Shown here piece after piece: positions 1 to 7,682 of a stretch of 16,655 nt of DNA (its first letter is position 1; each line of letters starts with the position of its first letter). The stretch is from Pseudomonadota bacterium (GTDB taxonomy: Bacteria > Bdellovibrionota > FAC87 > UBA2466), in the NCBI GenBank assembly GCA_043767805.1, contig JAYUGC010000033.1, positions 1 to 16,655 on the forward strand. The letters run 5' to 3'. The position numbers and the translations under genes were made by a program. The notes below the pieces were generated by a model. That model was not told where the DNA came from. It made no database searches and saw nothing but the letters and a program-made list of their open reading frames with translations.

Positions 1-16
1 GAAATCTCTCGGGGCT

Positions 17-1102
17 TCAATTCGGGCCTTTTCCTTGGAGGGGCAAAACGAGGGCATCTTCGTTGCGCCAGGTGAGGAAAATATTGTCGCCGGGATTGAG
101 AGAGCGTTTTTTGAGCCGTTCGAGCTCGGGCTCGAACACTTTAAAGGACAGGTTTTGGCTGCGGACCAGATACTCGGTGCGGGAGCCTAAGTAGCTAAGG
201 TCCAAGATTTCGCCGGCGACCAGGTTTTCCTGGGTGGCGGAACGGGTTCTCAAGATGCGCATCTTTTCCGGGCGGAGAATGAGGGAAACGTCCTTGGGAA
301 GTACCGCCCCCGTCTTTTTCACCTTAAAAGAGCCCAAAGCGGAGCTCAAGGTCAGCAGATCCGAGAGATCGTCCGAGATTTGCGCGGGAATCTCGTTCAC
401 CGGCCCGATGAAGCTCGCGACGAAGGTGTCCACGGGATCTTCGTAAATGTCTTTGGGCGTTCCCACTTGAAGGCAGCGGCCGTTCTTCAAAACGGCGATG
501 CGGTCGGAAATCTGCAAGGCCTCTTCCTGATCGTGGGTAACCATGACGAAAGTCGAGCCGACTTTGCGGCAAAGCGCCTTCATCTCGTCCCGCATGCGCG
601 TGCGTAGAGCGGAATCGAGCGCGGAAAGGGGCTCATCGAGTAGAAGAACCGCCGGGTGATCCACCAGAGCCCGGGCGAGCGCGACCCGTTGGGACTGACC
701 GCCAGAAAGCTGATGCACCCGGCGAGTGCGTAGCGCCTCGATCTCAACGAGCTTAAGCGCCTCCACCACCCGGGTTTCGAGCTTCGTGCCGGCGATTTTT
801 TTAAGTCTTAAGGGAAAAGCTACGTTCTCGAACACGTTGAGGTGCGGAAACAGGGCATAACGCTGAAAAACAGTGTGAACGTTGCGCTGATGGGGTGGCA
901 AACGGGTGATGTCGTGGCCACCGAGCCGGATTTGGCCGGAGGTCGCCGCCTCGAATCCGCCGATCAGGCGAAGGACGGTAGTTTTGCCACAACCGCTGGG
1001 ACCTAAGAGGGAGAAAAACTCGCCGGGTTGGATAGTGAGTGTCGTCGGTTCCAGGCGAAACCCGCCGAAATCCTTGGTGACCCCCGAAAGCTCCAACAAC
1101 AT
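17..1102 (-). CDS. potA: ABC transporter ATP-binding subunit, PotA (spermidine/putrescine)-like
   Basis: 361 aa; Walker A GPSGCGKTT, VFQRYALFPHLNVFENVAF, signature LSGGQ, Walker B VLLLDEP, VTHDQEEAL, FVASFIG, C-terminal TOBE-like LRPEK/YLG. Substrate is inferred from family resemblance. Confidence 0.82.
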   Translation of the reverse strand: MLLELSGVTKDFGGFRLEPTTLTIQPGEFFSLLGPSGCGKTTVLRLIGGFEAATSGQIRLGGHDITRLPPHQRNVHTVFQRYALFPHLNVFENVAFPLRLKKIAGTKLETRVVEALKLVEIEALRTRRVHQLSGGQSQRVALARALVDHPAVLLLDEPLSALDSALRTRMRDEMKALCRKVGSTFVMVTHDQEEALQISDRIAVLKNGRCLQVGTPKDIYEDPVDTFVASFIGPVNEIPAQISDDLSDLLTLSSALGSFKVKKTGAVLPKDVSLILRPEKMRILRTRSATQENLVAGEILDLSYLGSRTEYLVRSQNLSFKVFEPELERLKKRSLNPGDNIFLTWRNEDALVLPLQGKGPN

Positions 1103-1184
1103 GCGGCATTAATAAAGGAAACGAAAAAGCGTCACAAGATCTTCTTTGCTTTCTTTGGATCAAATTTAGGTAAAAATCTCAAGC

Positions 1185-2981
1185 ATGAGCGCTCTCCCCA
1201 TTATGATCCTGGTCCTCTGCGTTTTGACCCTCGCTTACCGCTATTACAGCGCCTTTCTGGCGGCGAAAGTTTTGGTCCTGGAGGACTCGCGGGTGACCGC
1301 GGCTCACCGTCTGAACGACGGCCATAACTACCACCCCACCAACAAGTGGGTCCTCTTCGGCCATCACTTCGCGGCCATCTCGGGAGCGGGACCGCTCATC
1401 GGGCCGGTACTCGCCGCTCAGTTTGGGTATCTCCCGGGCTTACTTTGGCTGGTGGTAGGTGTCGTTCTCGCCGGCGCGGTTCAGGATTTCATCATTTTGG
1501 TGGCGTCCACTCGGCGAAACGGGAAATCGCTCGCCGAAATCGTGAAGCTCGAGGTCGGCCCCACCGCTGGCATAGCGGCCGGCATCGCCATCCTTTTCGT
1601 GCTTATCATCGCGCTCGCCGGACTAGGCATCGTGGTCGTAAACGCTCTTTCCGAGAGCCCCTGGGGGACTTTCACAATCGCCACCACCATTCCCATCGCT
1701 TTCGGCATGGGCCTCTACATGTACCGATTTAGAAAAGGCAAAGTGGCCGAGGCTTCCGTCATCGGTGTCGTACTTCTCCTCCTTGCCGTGGTTTTCGGCG
1801 CGAACGTCGCGCAGTCGTCCTGGGCTAGCTGGTTTACGCTGTCCAAGGGTCAAATCACGGTCGCCATCGCGGTGTACGGTTTCGTGGCGTCCGTATTACC
1901 CGTCTGGTTACTGCTTTGCCCGCGCGATTATCTTTCTTCCTATATGAAGATTGGAACCATCGCGCTTCTCATTCTCGGCGTTCTTTTCGTCAACCCTGAG
2001 CTGAAGCTTCCCGCCCTCACGCCCTACATTCACGGCGGTGGGCCGATTATTTCCGGGAAGGTTTTCCCCTACGTCTTCATCACCATCATGTGCGGCGCAG
2101 TCTCCGGTTTTCACGCTTTGGTCGCTTCCGGCACCACACCGAAGATGATCTCTCTTGAGTCGCATTGCCGACCCATCGGGTACGGAGCGATGCTCATCGA
2201 AGGCTTAGTTGGAGTCGTGGCGCTCATCGCGGTGGCTTCTCTTGCTCCCGGTGACTACTTCGCCATTAACGTTTCCGCCGACAAGCTTCCGGCCTTGCAG
2301 CTTTTTGGTTACCACATCGAAGAGCTTCCCGTGCTCGAAGCGCAGGTTCAGGAGAAAGTTCAGGGCCGCGTGGGCGGAGCCGTCTCGCTTGCGGTCGGCA
2401 TGGCGAAAATTTTTAGCGCCCTCCCCGGTCTCTCCGGGCTCATGGCGTACTGGTACCACTTCGCCATCATGTTCGAGGCGCTCTTCATCTTGACGACGAT
2501 CGATACGGGGACGCGCATTGCGCGCTTCGTTCTCCAGGAATTCTTGGGCAAGGCCATTCCGAAGTTCGAGCAGACGGATTGGATGCCGGGAACCATCCTC
2601 ACCTCCGCTCTAACGGTGCTCGCGTGGGGTTACTTCATTTACACGGGAAGTATCTCCACCATCTGGCCGATGTTCGGCATCGCTAATCAGTTACTCGCTG
2701 TCATCGCGCTTTGCGTGGGCACGAGTTTGCTGTTTAACTCCGGTAAGCAACGCTACGTGTGGGTAACGATCGTGCCGATGCTCTTCGTTTTGACGACGAC
2801 GACTTGCGCAGCCTATGAGCTCGCGACGACGCAATTTTTTCCCATGACGAAAACGCGAGAGGCGTTCCGCGGCTACATGAACCTTGCGATGACGGCGGTG
2901 ATGCTCGTTTGCATGGCCATAGTTCTCTTTTCGGCGATTCGTCGGTGGAAGACACCCCGTTCCGGCCTGCGTCTCGCCTAA
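1185..2981 (+). CDS. cstA: Carbon starvation protein A family (CstA/BtsT) peptide/pyruvate transporter
   Basis: 598 aa polytopic membrane protein with CstA motifs [83 protein letters not shown]. Confidence 0.93.
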   Translation: MSALPIMILVLCVLTLAYRYYSAFLAAKVLVLEDSRVTAAHRLNDGHNYHPTNKWVLFGHHFAAISGAGPLIGPVLAAQFGYLPGLLWLVVGVVLAGAVQDFIILVASTRRNGKSLAEIVKLEVGPTAGIAAGIAILFVLIIALAGLGIVVVNALSESPWGTFTIATTIPIAFGMGLYMYRFRKGKVAEASVIGVVLLLLAVVFGANVAQSSWASWFTLSKGQITVAIAVYGFVASVLPVWLLLCPRDYLSSYMKIGTIALLILGVLFVNPELKLPALTPYIHGGGPIISGKVFPYVFITIMCGAVSGFHALVASGTTPKMISLESHCRPIGYGAMLIEGLVGVVALIAVASLAPGDYFAINVSADKLPALQLFGYHIEELPVLEAQVQEKVQGRVGGAVSLAVGMAKIFSALPGLSGLMAYWYHFAIMFEALFILTTIDTGTRIARFVLQEFLGKAIPKFEQTDWMPGTILTSALTVLAWGYFIYTGSISTIWPMFGIANQLLAVIALCVGTSLLFNSGKQRYVWVTIVPMLFVLTTTTCAAYELATTQFFPMTKTREAFRGYMNLAMTAVMLVCMAIVLFSAIRRWKTPRSGLRLA

Positions 2982-3017
2982 GCGTCTAAAAAGGGTGTGG
3001 ACACTTTTAGACGTTTA
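2979..3017 (+). terminator. Inverted repeat after cstA (possible terminator or protein-binding site)
   Basis: CGTCTAAAA (2983-2991) / TTTTAGACG (3005-3013), extendable to 12/13 matches over 2979-3017. It starts at the cstA stop and has only a short T run. Confidence 0.5.
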
Positions 3018-3033
3018 ATGACTCGCCGCATTC

Positions 3034-3110
3034 TGTTTCGATCAAGTCGAAACACTTTGTTTCGACTTCCCTTGCCCGCGTTCCGCGTCAGCCGATAGTG
3101 TTTAAACACT
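3034..3110. promoter_or_regulatory. Cluster of inverted repeats (candidate operator array) upstream of the VWA/HTH/HExxY operon
   Basis: TGTTTCGA (3034-3041) / TCGAAACA (3047-3054) / TGTTTCGA (3058-3065); perfect 11-bp IR AAGTCGAAACA-CTT-TGTTTCGACTT (3044-3068); perfect palindrome AGTGTTTAAACACT (3097-3110) abutting RBS GGAGG (3111-3115). The repeats are directly seen; the function is inferred. Confidence 0.55.
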
Positions 3111-3123
3111 GGAGGCCAATCCC

Positions 3124-4419
3124 ATGCGCACACTGTTTCTTTTTCTTTCACTCTGTTTCGCTGTGAACGCCCGCGCTTCGGCGCCGACGTCTTGGAGCGT
3201 GCTTTGGGTCTTGGATAACAGCGGCTCGATGCGAGCGCTGGGTGATAAGTTGATTAAGAGCCTTCCCGTTCTCGTGCAACGCCTGAAAGCAAAGGGCGTG
3301 GTGGATTTCCGGATGGCCGTCACCACCACCGACGTCATTTCGCACGAAGGTAAACTGATTGCGGACCCGAATGGATTGAAGGTGGTGCGGGCGTCCGATA
3401 GCGATCAGGCTCTCGCGGAGATCGTCAAAGCGGTCGCCGATTCGCCCACTTCTTTTTGGGAGCAAGGCCTTGAGGCTGCGTATCTCGCCATTCAAAACGA
3501 AGGGGGAGCTTTTTTGAAGGACGGAGAGCCTCTCGCCGTAGTCATCGTTTCCGATGAGGATGACTACTCCTGCGAAAAGGATTGTTTCGGCGTCGAGCCG
3601 GAGCATAACAAGAATTGGACGCCGTACCCCCTCGATCGCTACAAGGAGCTCTTTAAGGGCCTTAAAGACAAGCGAGGCATTGATACGCTACTTTTCCCCA
3701 TCGTCGGCATTCTCGAGGGTAGCTGCGATTTTAATTCCTACGGCGTGCGCTATCTCAAGGTGCTCTCGCAAGTCGGCGGCTTATCGGGCAGCGTTTGTGG
3801 CGCGGATTTCGTCAATAGCCTCTTTGCGGTCGCCGACCGCATCGGGAAGTTCAGTCCTCCTCCCACGGTACCTATCGTCCTCGTGAACCCCGTGCAGCTT
3901 CCGGAGGCTCGCGAGAACCAAGCCTACACGGCTGATTTGTCTCCGTTCGTTCAAGGTTCGGGCCTACTCACTTTTTCCAAGATGAGTGGCCCCTCCTGGA
4001 TCTCCTCGGGTGCCGACGGAACTGTGCGGGGCGTGCCAGGCCGGACCGACCTAGGGATAAATCAGTTCGTGGCGAAAGTTTGCAATGAGAACGGCCACTG
4101 CACCCTCTTCAACGTGAACCTTTCGGTGACGAGTCAAAATCACCTGCCGGTTTGGCAAGCCAATCCCATCCCGCTTTCTTCCGCTCGTCTGAATCAGACT
4201 TTCCAAGTCGATTTGTCACCTTTCCTCTCGGATTCGGATGGGGATCCTTTGCAGTGTAGAGCGATTAGTCTCCCTTCCTGGCTGGTGTTATCCCCTAGTT
4301 GCGTACTATCGGGAACGCCAAGAGCGGCCGACGTCGGCAAGTTCTCAATGGCGATCCAAGCGAGCGACGGCAAGGTGACCGTGATGGGCTTCGCCGCGGG
4401 CCGTGTGGTGGCCAGGTAG
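3124..4419 (+). CDS. Secreted VWA-domain protein with two C-terminal putative Ig (He_PIG/cadherin-like) repeats
   Basis: RBS GGAGG; signal peptide MRTLFLFLSLCFAVNARA; MIDAS motif DNSGS plus AVTTTD and VIVSDEDD; two repeats 92 aa apart (DLSPF...PSW...G.P...D.G). Confidence 0.8.
   Translation: MRTLFLFLSLCFAVNARASAPTSWSVLWVLDNSGSMRALGDKLIKSLPVLVQRLKAKGVVDFRMAVTTTDVISHEGKLIADPNGLKVVRASDSDQALAEIVKAVADSPTSFWEQGLEAAYLAIQNEGGAFLKDGEPLAVVIVSDEDDYSCEKDCFGVEPEHNKNWTPYPLDRYKELFKGLKDKRGIDTLLFPIVGILEGSCDFNSYGVRYLKVLSQVGGLSGSVCGADFVNSLFAVADRIGKFSPPPTVPIVLVNPVQLPEARENQAYTADLSPFVQGSGLLTFSKMSGPSWISSGADGTVRGVPGRTDLGINQFVAKVCNENGHCTLFNVNLSVTSQNHLPVWQANPIPLSSARLNQTFQVDLSPFLSDSDGDPLQCRAISLPSWLVLSPSCVLSGTPRAADVGKFSMAIQASDGKVTVMGFAAGRVVAR
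3880..4416 (+). repeat. Two tandem ~92-aa Ig-like domain repeats within the VWA protein
   Basis: GATTTGTC (DLS) at 3934 and 4210, 276 nt apart; ARENQAYTADLSPF..GPSW..GVPGRTDLG versus ARLNQTFQVDLSPF..LPSW..GTPRAADVG. Boundaries are approximate. Confidence 0.7.
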
Positions 4420-5184
4420 ATGGAGGATCTCGTCGAGCACCAACCGTACCATTCGCTGCTTCAGGCGGCATTTCAGGAACGGAAGGAAAAGAATCCCGCC
4501 TACTCATTGCGGGCGTTCTCGCGCGCGGTGGGTATCAGTCCCACCACGCTTTGCAAAGTGTTTCGTTACGAGAGAAACCTATCGCCTAGGAATCTCAAGC
4601 GGCTTTCTGCCTTTTTGGAGCTGAGTCCGTTCGAAGTGGAAAAGCTCTCTGTCAAAGGACTGGGCAAACTCAAGAAAGAGAGCCGCAACCGTCAGTTGGC
4701 CGAAGACGAGTTCCATATAATCTCGGACTGGTATTACTTCGGCATCCTAAATCTCGCGAAAACCGTGGGCTGTCAGGCAGACGCCCGGTGGATCGCAAAG
4801 CGCCTTGGCCTTAGCAACGTAGAGGCGAGCGGAGCGCTTCGGCGGCTCCTTCGCATGGGGCTTGTGAAGCAGCTGGGCCGTCGGCTCATCCGCACCTCCG
4901 AGCCTATTCATACGACGACTGACATACCGAGCCATGCGCTCAAAAAATTCCACCGCCAGCAGCTGGCGCTCGCCATTCAGGCAATTCAGCATGTTCCCGT
5001 CGACAAAAGGACTATTACTTCCGTCACCATGGCCATCGATCCGGCGAGGATTCCGATGGCGAAACAAAAGCTCGCTGAATTTCGAGAATGCCTGAGCGAT
5101 TTCCTCGAGGGCGGATAAAAGAAGGAAGTCTATCTTCTCTCTCTGCAGCTCTTTCCCCTTTTGAATTGGGAGAATGCAAAATGA
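4420..5184 (+). pseudogene. TIGR02147/DUF4423-like HTH protein interrupted by an in-frame TAA at 5116-5118 (ORF 4420-5118; full frame runs to TGA 5182-5184)
   Basis: N-terminal KNPAYSLRAFSRAVGISPTTLCKV HTH; ISDWYYFGILNL, WIAKRLG, LKKFHRQ. After the TAA the same frame reads KKEVYLLSLQLFPLLNWENAK*, matching the family C-terminal VYxLxxQLFPL motif, and ends in an ATGA overlap with the next gene. Confidence 0.75.
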
Positions 5185-6086
5185 AGCCTTTCCTGTGGGT
5201 GTTGTTCTTTCTGTCTCGCGTAAGCTGGGCCGTTGGCGGCGATGTGGGCGGAAACGGCGGCGACCTGGTGCTTTGTGATCTGCCAGGAGGGAAAACCTCC
5301 TACGAGCTTCTCGACTATTTCGAGGCCGCGCAAAAAACCCCCTTTGAGCTTGGGCCAAGCAGCGGGGATGCCTTCGAGAAAGTTACCCACGCCATCGCCC
5401 GGTTAAGGATGCTGGATCCGGTCAGGGCGGCTCGTTACGAGGCGGAAGCGAAGTCTTTCTTATCGCTTGTGGAATGGATTACCCAAGGGCCGGGTTTGGA
5501 ACATATCCCCGATCTGGGAGCGGTCACCATTCCATCTCACTGTAAAGTGCGGCAGGTAGCCATCCGCCGTCGGACGTTCCATCCGTCGATTCGCCCGTAT
5601 CTCATCGACGAACGACTTTGGCTCAAGCTCGACGAAGATCACAAGGCTGGGCTCATTTTGCACGAGCTCATCTACGGGCAGATGCGCGATCTCGGTCAGA
5701 AGACCTCCATCAATGCCCGCAAATTTAACGGACTACTTAGCTCCCGGGCTTTCGATTCCATCTCTGCCTCTGATTACGATCTCTTGGTCAAACAGCTCTT
5801 CGAAGAGATTCAGCCCATCGAGTTTCGCGCGGACAAGTTCGACGTGAACACCTTGAGAGGAATGCCATTTACGTTGAGCCTGCGCTCGCTTCTCCAGTAT
5901 CCAGTGAAGGGGGCGCTAGAATGGCGATTCCTCGAGCCTTTGCCTAAATGGATGGTCATTGATAACTCCCATGAAATCATCGTGGGCATGCCGACCGAGT
6001 TTCCCTCTTCCCCGATTCTGCTGACTCTGGTGGTGCGCGATGAAAACACTGCGGCCATCGCTCAGCTTCGGGTGCACGTGAAATGA
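5181..6086 (+). CDS. Secreted hypothetical protein with GGNGGD motif, HExxY zincin-like motif and C-terminal putative Ig-like domain
   Basis: Start re-called to ATG 5181 (RBS GGAGA at ~5169; signal peptide MKPFLWVLFFLSRVSWA); GGDVGGNGGD at 5235-5264; LILHELIY with HELIY at 5661-5675; C-terminal LPKWM..IVGMP..LVVRD resembles the Ig repeats of the upstream VWA protein. 301 aa. Confidence 0.72.
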   Translation: MKPFLWVLFFLSRVSWAVGGDVGGNGGDLVLCDLPGGKTSYELLDYFEAAQKTPFELGPSSGDAFEKVTHAIARLRMLDPVRAARYEAEAKSFLSLVEWITQGPGLEHIPDLGAVTIPSHCKVRQVAIRRRTFHPSIRPYLIDERLWLKLDEDHKAGLILHELIYGQMRDLGQKTSINARKFNGLLSSRAFDSISASDYDLLVKQLFEEIQPIEFRADKFDVNTLRGMPFTLSLRSLLQYPVKGALEWRFLEPLPKWMVIDNSHEIIVGMPTEFPSSPILLTLVVRDENTAAIAQLRVHVK

Positions 6087-6196
6087 CGGGAGGAGAGGGC
6101 CCTCCGCATCTCTAAAGGCCCGAACGATTTTGTTCCGTATTGATCACTGTTACCCGGACGGCCGACTCGTTAAGAATCGTCCGTATGGAGGTAACT

Positions 6197-6619
6197 ATGA
6201 ATCGTTCGCTCTTCTCTCTCTTAACCGGACTTACTCTTTTGGCCTCGGCGAGCTCCCCGGCCGCTGTTCAAGCTTACAAAGTCTGCCAAACGGGCAATTT
6301 GCAGCCTACCGGCTTTGCGGCCAAAGGCGTGGGCCCATTCCGCATCGTCGTGCAGTTCGATAACACGGGCTATTTCGTGAACTTCAACGGGCTCTATGGC
6401 GCGAGAAACCCTCAGCCCATCAACGAAACGATCCGCGCGGTCCGTACCAACTCGACCGGCATCAATGGCGAATCGATCTTCAACCTAGATGGCCGTGGCG
6501 AAGCCGGTCGCGAAACGCTGGTATTCACACTCGCGCTCCCCGATACCGGCGCGAACGGCTTCGTGCGCCTAGACAACTACTCCAAGAGCAGCTGGAGCGG
6601 CCGCGTCGTCTGCCGTTAA
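6197..6619 (+). CDS. Small secreted hypothetical protein (140 aa)
   Basis: Start re-called to ATG 6197 with RBS GGAGG (6187-6191); signal peptide MNRSLFSLLTGLTLLASASSPA; beta-rich mature part with one Cys near each end; followed by a strong hairpin. Confidence 0.7.
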   Translation: MNRSLFSLLTGLTLLASASSPAAVQAYKVCQTGNLQPTGFAAKGVGPFRIVVQFDNTGYFVNFNGLYGARNPQPINETIRAVRTNSTGINGESIFNLDGRGEAGRETLVFTLALPDTGANGFVRLDNYSKSSWSGRVVCR

Positions 6620-6649
6620 TCTTAAAAGGTAGCGCCCTACCTTTTAAGA
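6620..6649. terminator. Bidirectional intrinsic terminator-like hairpin
   Basis: Perfect 13-bp IR TCTTAAAAGGTAG-CGCC-CTACCTTTTAAGA between convergent stop codons at 6619 and 6652. Confidence 0.8.
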
Positions 6650-6651
6650 CG

Positions 6652-7659
6652 CTAGAAGGCTTCGTCGAAAACGACTGCTTCTTGCTTGGACGAGAAGCCC
6701 TTTTGGTACTCGGTGACCCGCTTTTCGAAGAAGTTCGTGAGCGGCTGCACGTCTTGGAGCACCATGAACGGGAACGGATTGCGAGAGAAGTACTGACGCT
6801 CGTAACCCATCTGCATGAGGCGCTGATCGGCGCAATATTGCAGATATTCCCGCATATTGGTGGCCGAAAGCCCGGTTATTCCGGAAGAGAGCGCGTCGTC
6901 GCAGAAGTGCATCTCGACCTGAATCGCTTCCTCGATCATGTTGACGACTTTGGTCTCGAGGTCTTTGTCGAAAAGATTCGCGTACTCTTCGCGGATGACG
7001 CCAATGGCGGCCATCGCCGCATTGATGTGCATGGTCTCGTCCCGGAAGACCCAGTTGGTCGCCGTGGCAAGTCCTGGCAAGAGGCCTTTGTTCCGCAAGA
7101 AGTAGACGTAAGCAAACGAGCCGAAGAAGAAGAGCCCTTCCACGCACGCCGCGAAACAAATCAGGTTCAAGATGAACTGACGTTTTTTATCGTCGGTATC
7201 GAGCTTGTCGAGCTTCTCGATGGAGTCCATATACTTGAAGCAGAAGTCGGCCTTCAGCTTCACGGACGGGATGGACTGATAGGCATCGAAGGCTTCGGTG
7301 CGCTCGGCCGGATCCGGCAGATAGTTGTCCACGAGCAGCAAGTACGTCTCTACGTGAAGCATCTCGTCGAAGAGCTGTTTGCCGAGAAACATGCGGTACT
7401 CGGGGCTATTCACATGTTTGTAAAAATTGAGAACGAGGTTGTGGGCAACGAGATTGTCGGCCGTCGCGAAAAACGCGACGAGACGCTTAATCATGTGCGC
7501 TTGTTTGGGCTCCAAGCGGTCACGGATGTGCTCGAGGTCCACGGAGAAGTCGAGTTCGTCCGTCGTCCAGATGTTTTTGATGGAGTCTTTGTAAAGCTGA
7601 AAGAACTGCGGATATTGCATCGGGCGCAGCGTGAGATTGAGCTCGTGAGACAGGATCAT
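6652..7659 (-). CDS. nrdB: Ribonucleoside-diphosphate reductase class I beta (R2) subunit
   Basis: 335 aa; W..DE.DFS.D, FFATAD, DEMLHVETY (Glu/His ligands and radical Tyr), VEGLFFFGSF, RDETMH, NFFEKRVTEYQ; RBS GAGGAG. Confidence 0.95.
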   Translation of the reverse strand: MILSHELNLTLRPMQYPQFFQLYKDSIKNIWTTDELDFSVDLEHIRDRLEPKQAHMIKRLVAFFATADNLVAHNLVLNFYKHVNSPEYRMFLGKQLFDEMLHVETYLLLVDNYLPDPAERTEAFDAYQSIPSVKLKADFCFKYMDSIEKLDKLDTDDKKRQFILNLICFAACVEGLFFFGSFAYVYFLRNKGLLPGLATATNWVFRDETMHINAAMAAIGVIREEYANLFDKDLETKVVNMIEEAIQVEMHFCDDALSSGITGLSATNMREYLQYCADQRLMQMGYERQYFSRNPFPFMVLQDVQPLTNFFEKRVTEYQKGFSSKQEAVVFDEAF

Positions 7660-7682
7660 GACGGTTCTCCTCTAAAATCTTT

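Noticed and set aside
1..20. Start of a potB-like permease (TTG overlapping the potA stop)
   Set aside because: Only about 6 codons are visible, too little to support.
3034..3068. parS site or CRISPR repeat
   Set aside because: It shares TGTTTC/GAAACA arms with parS (TGTTTCACGTGAAACA) but the spacer length and core differ; there is no repeat-spacer periodicity and no cas gene.
5116..5118. Alternative genetic code (TAA reassigned)
   Set aside because: TAA ends cstA, the Nudix gene, rlmE and glpK at expected lengths; no other interrupted gene was seen.
5088..5180. N-terminal extension of the 332-aa ORF in the track
   Set aside because: It overlaps the true C-terminal frame of the HTH gene; RBS, signal peptide and ATGA coupling favour ATG 5181.
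3004..6651. CTTTTAGACG (3004-3013) and CTTTTAAGACG (6641-6651) as att or target-site repeats flanking the accessory block
   Set aside because: Short, imperfect and both part of terminator-like hairpins; no integrase or transposase present.
6652..7659. Tyrosine-less (class Ic) or metal-free (class Ie) R2 variant
   Set aside because: The Asp first ligand, both ExxH motifs, the middle Glu and the radical Tyr are all present.
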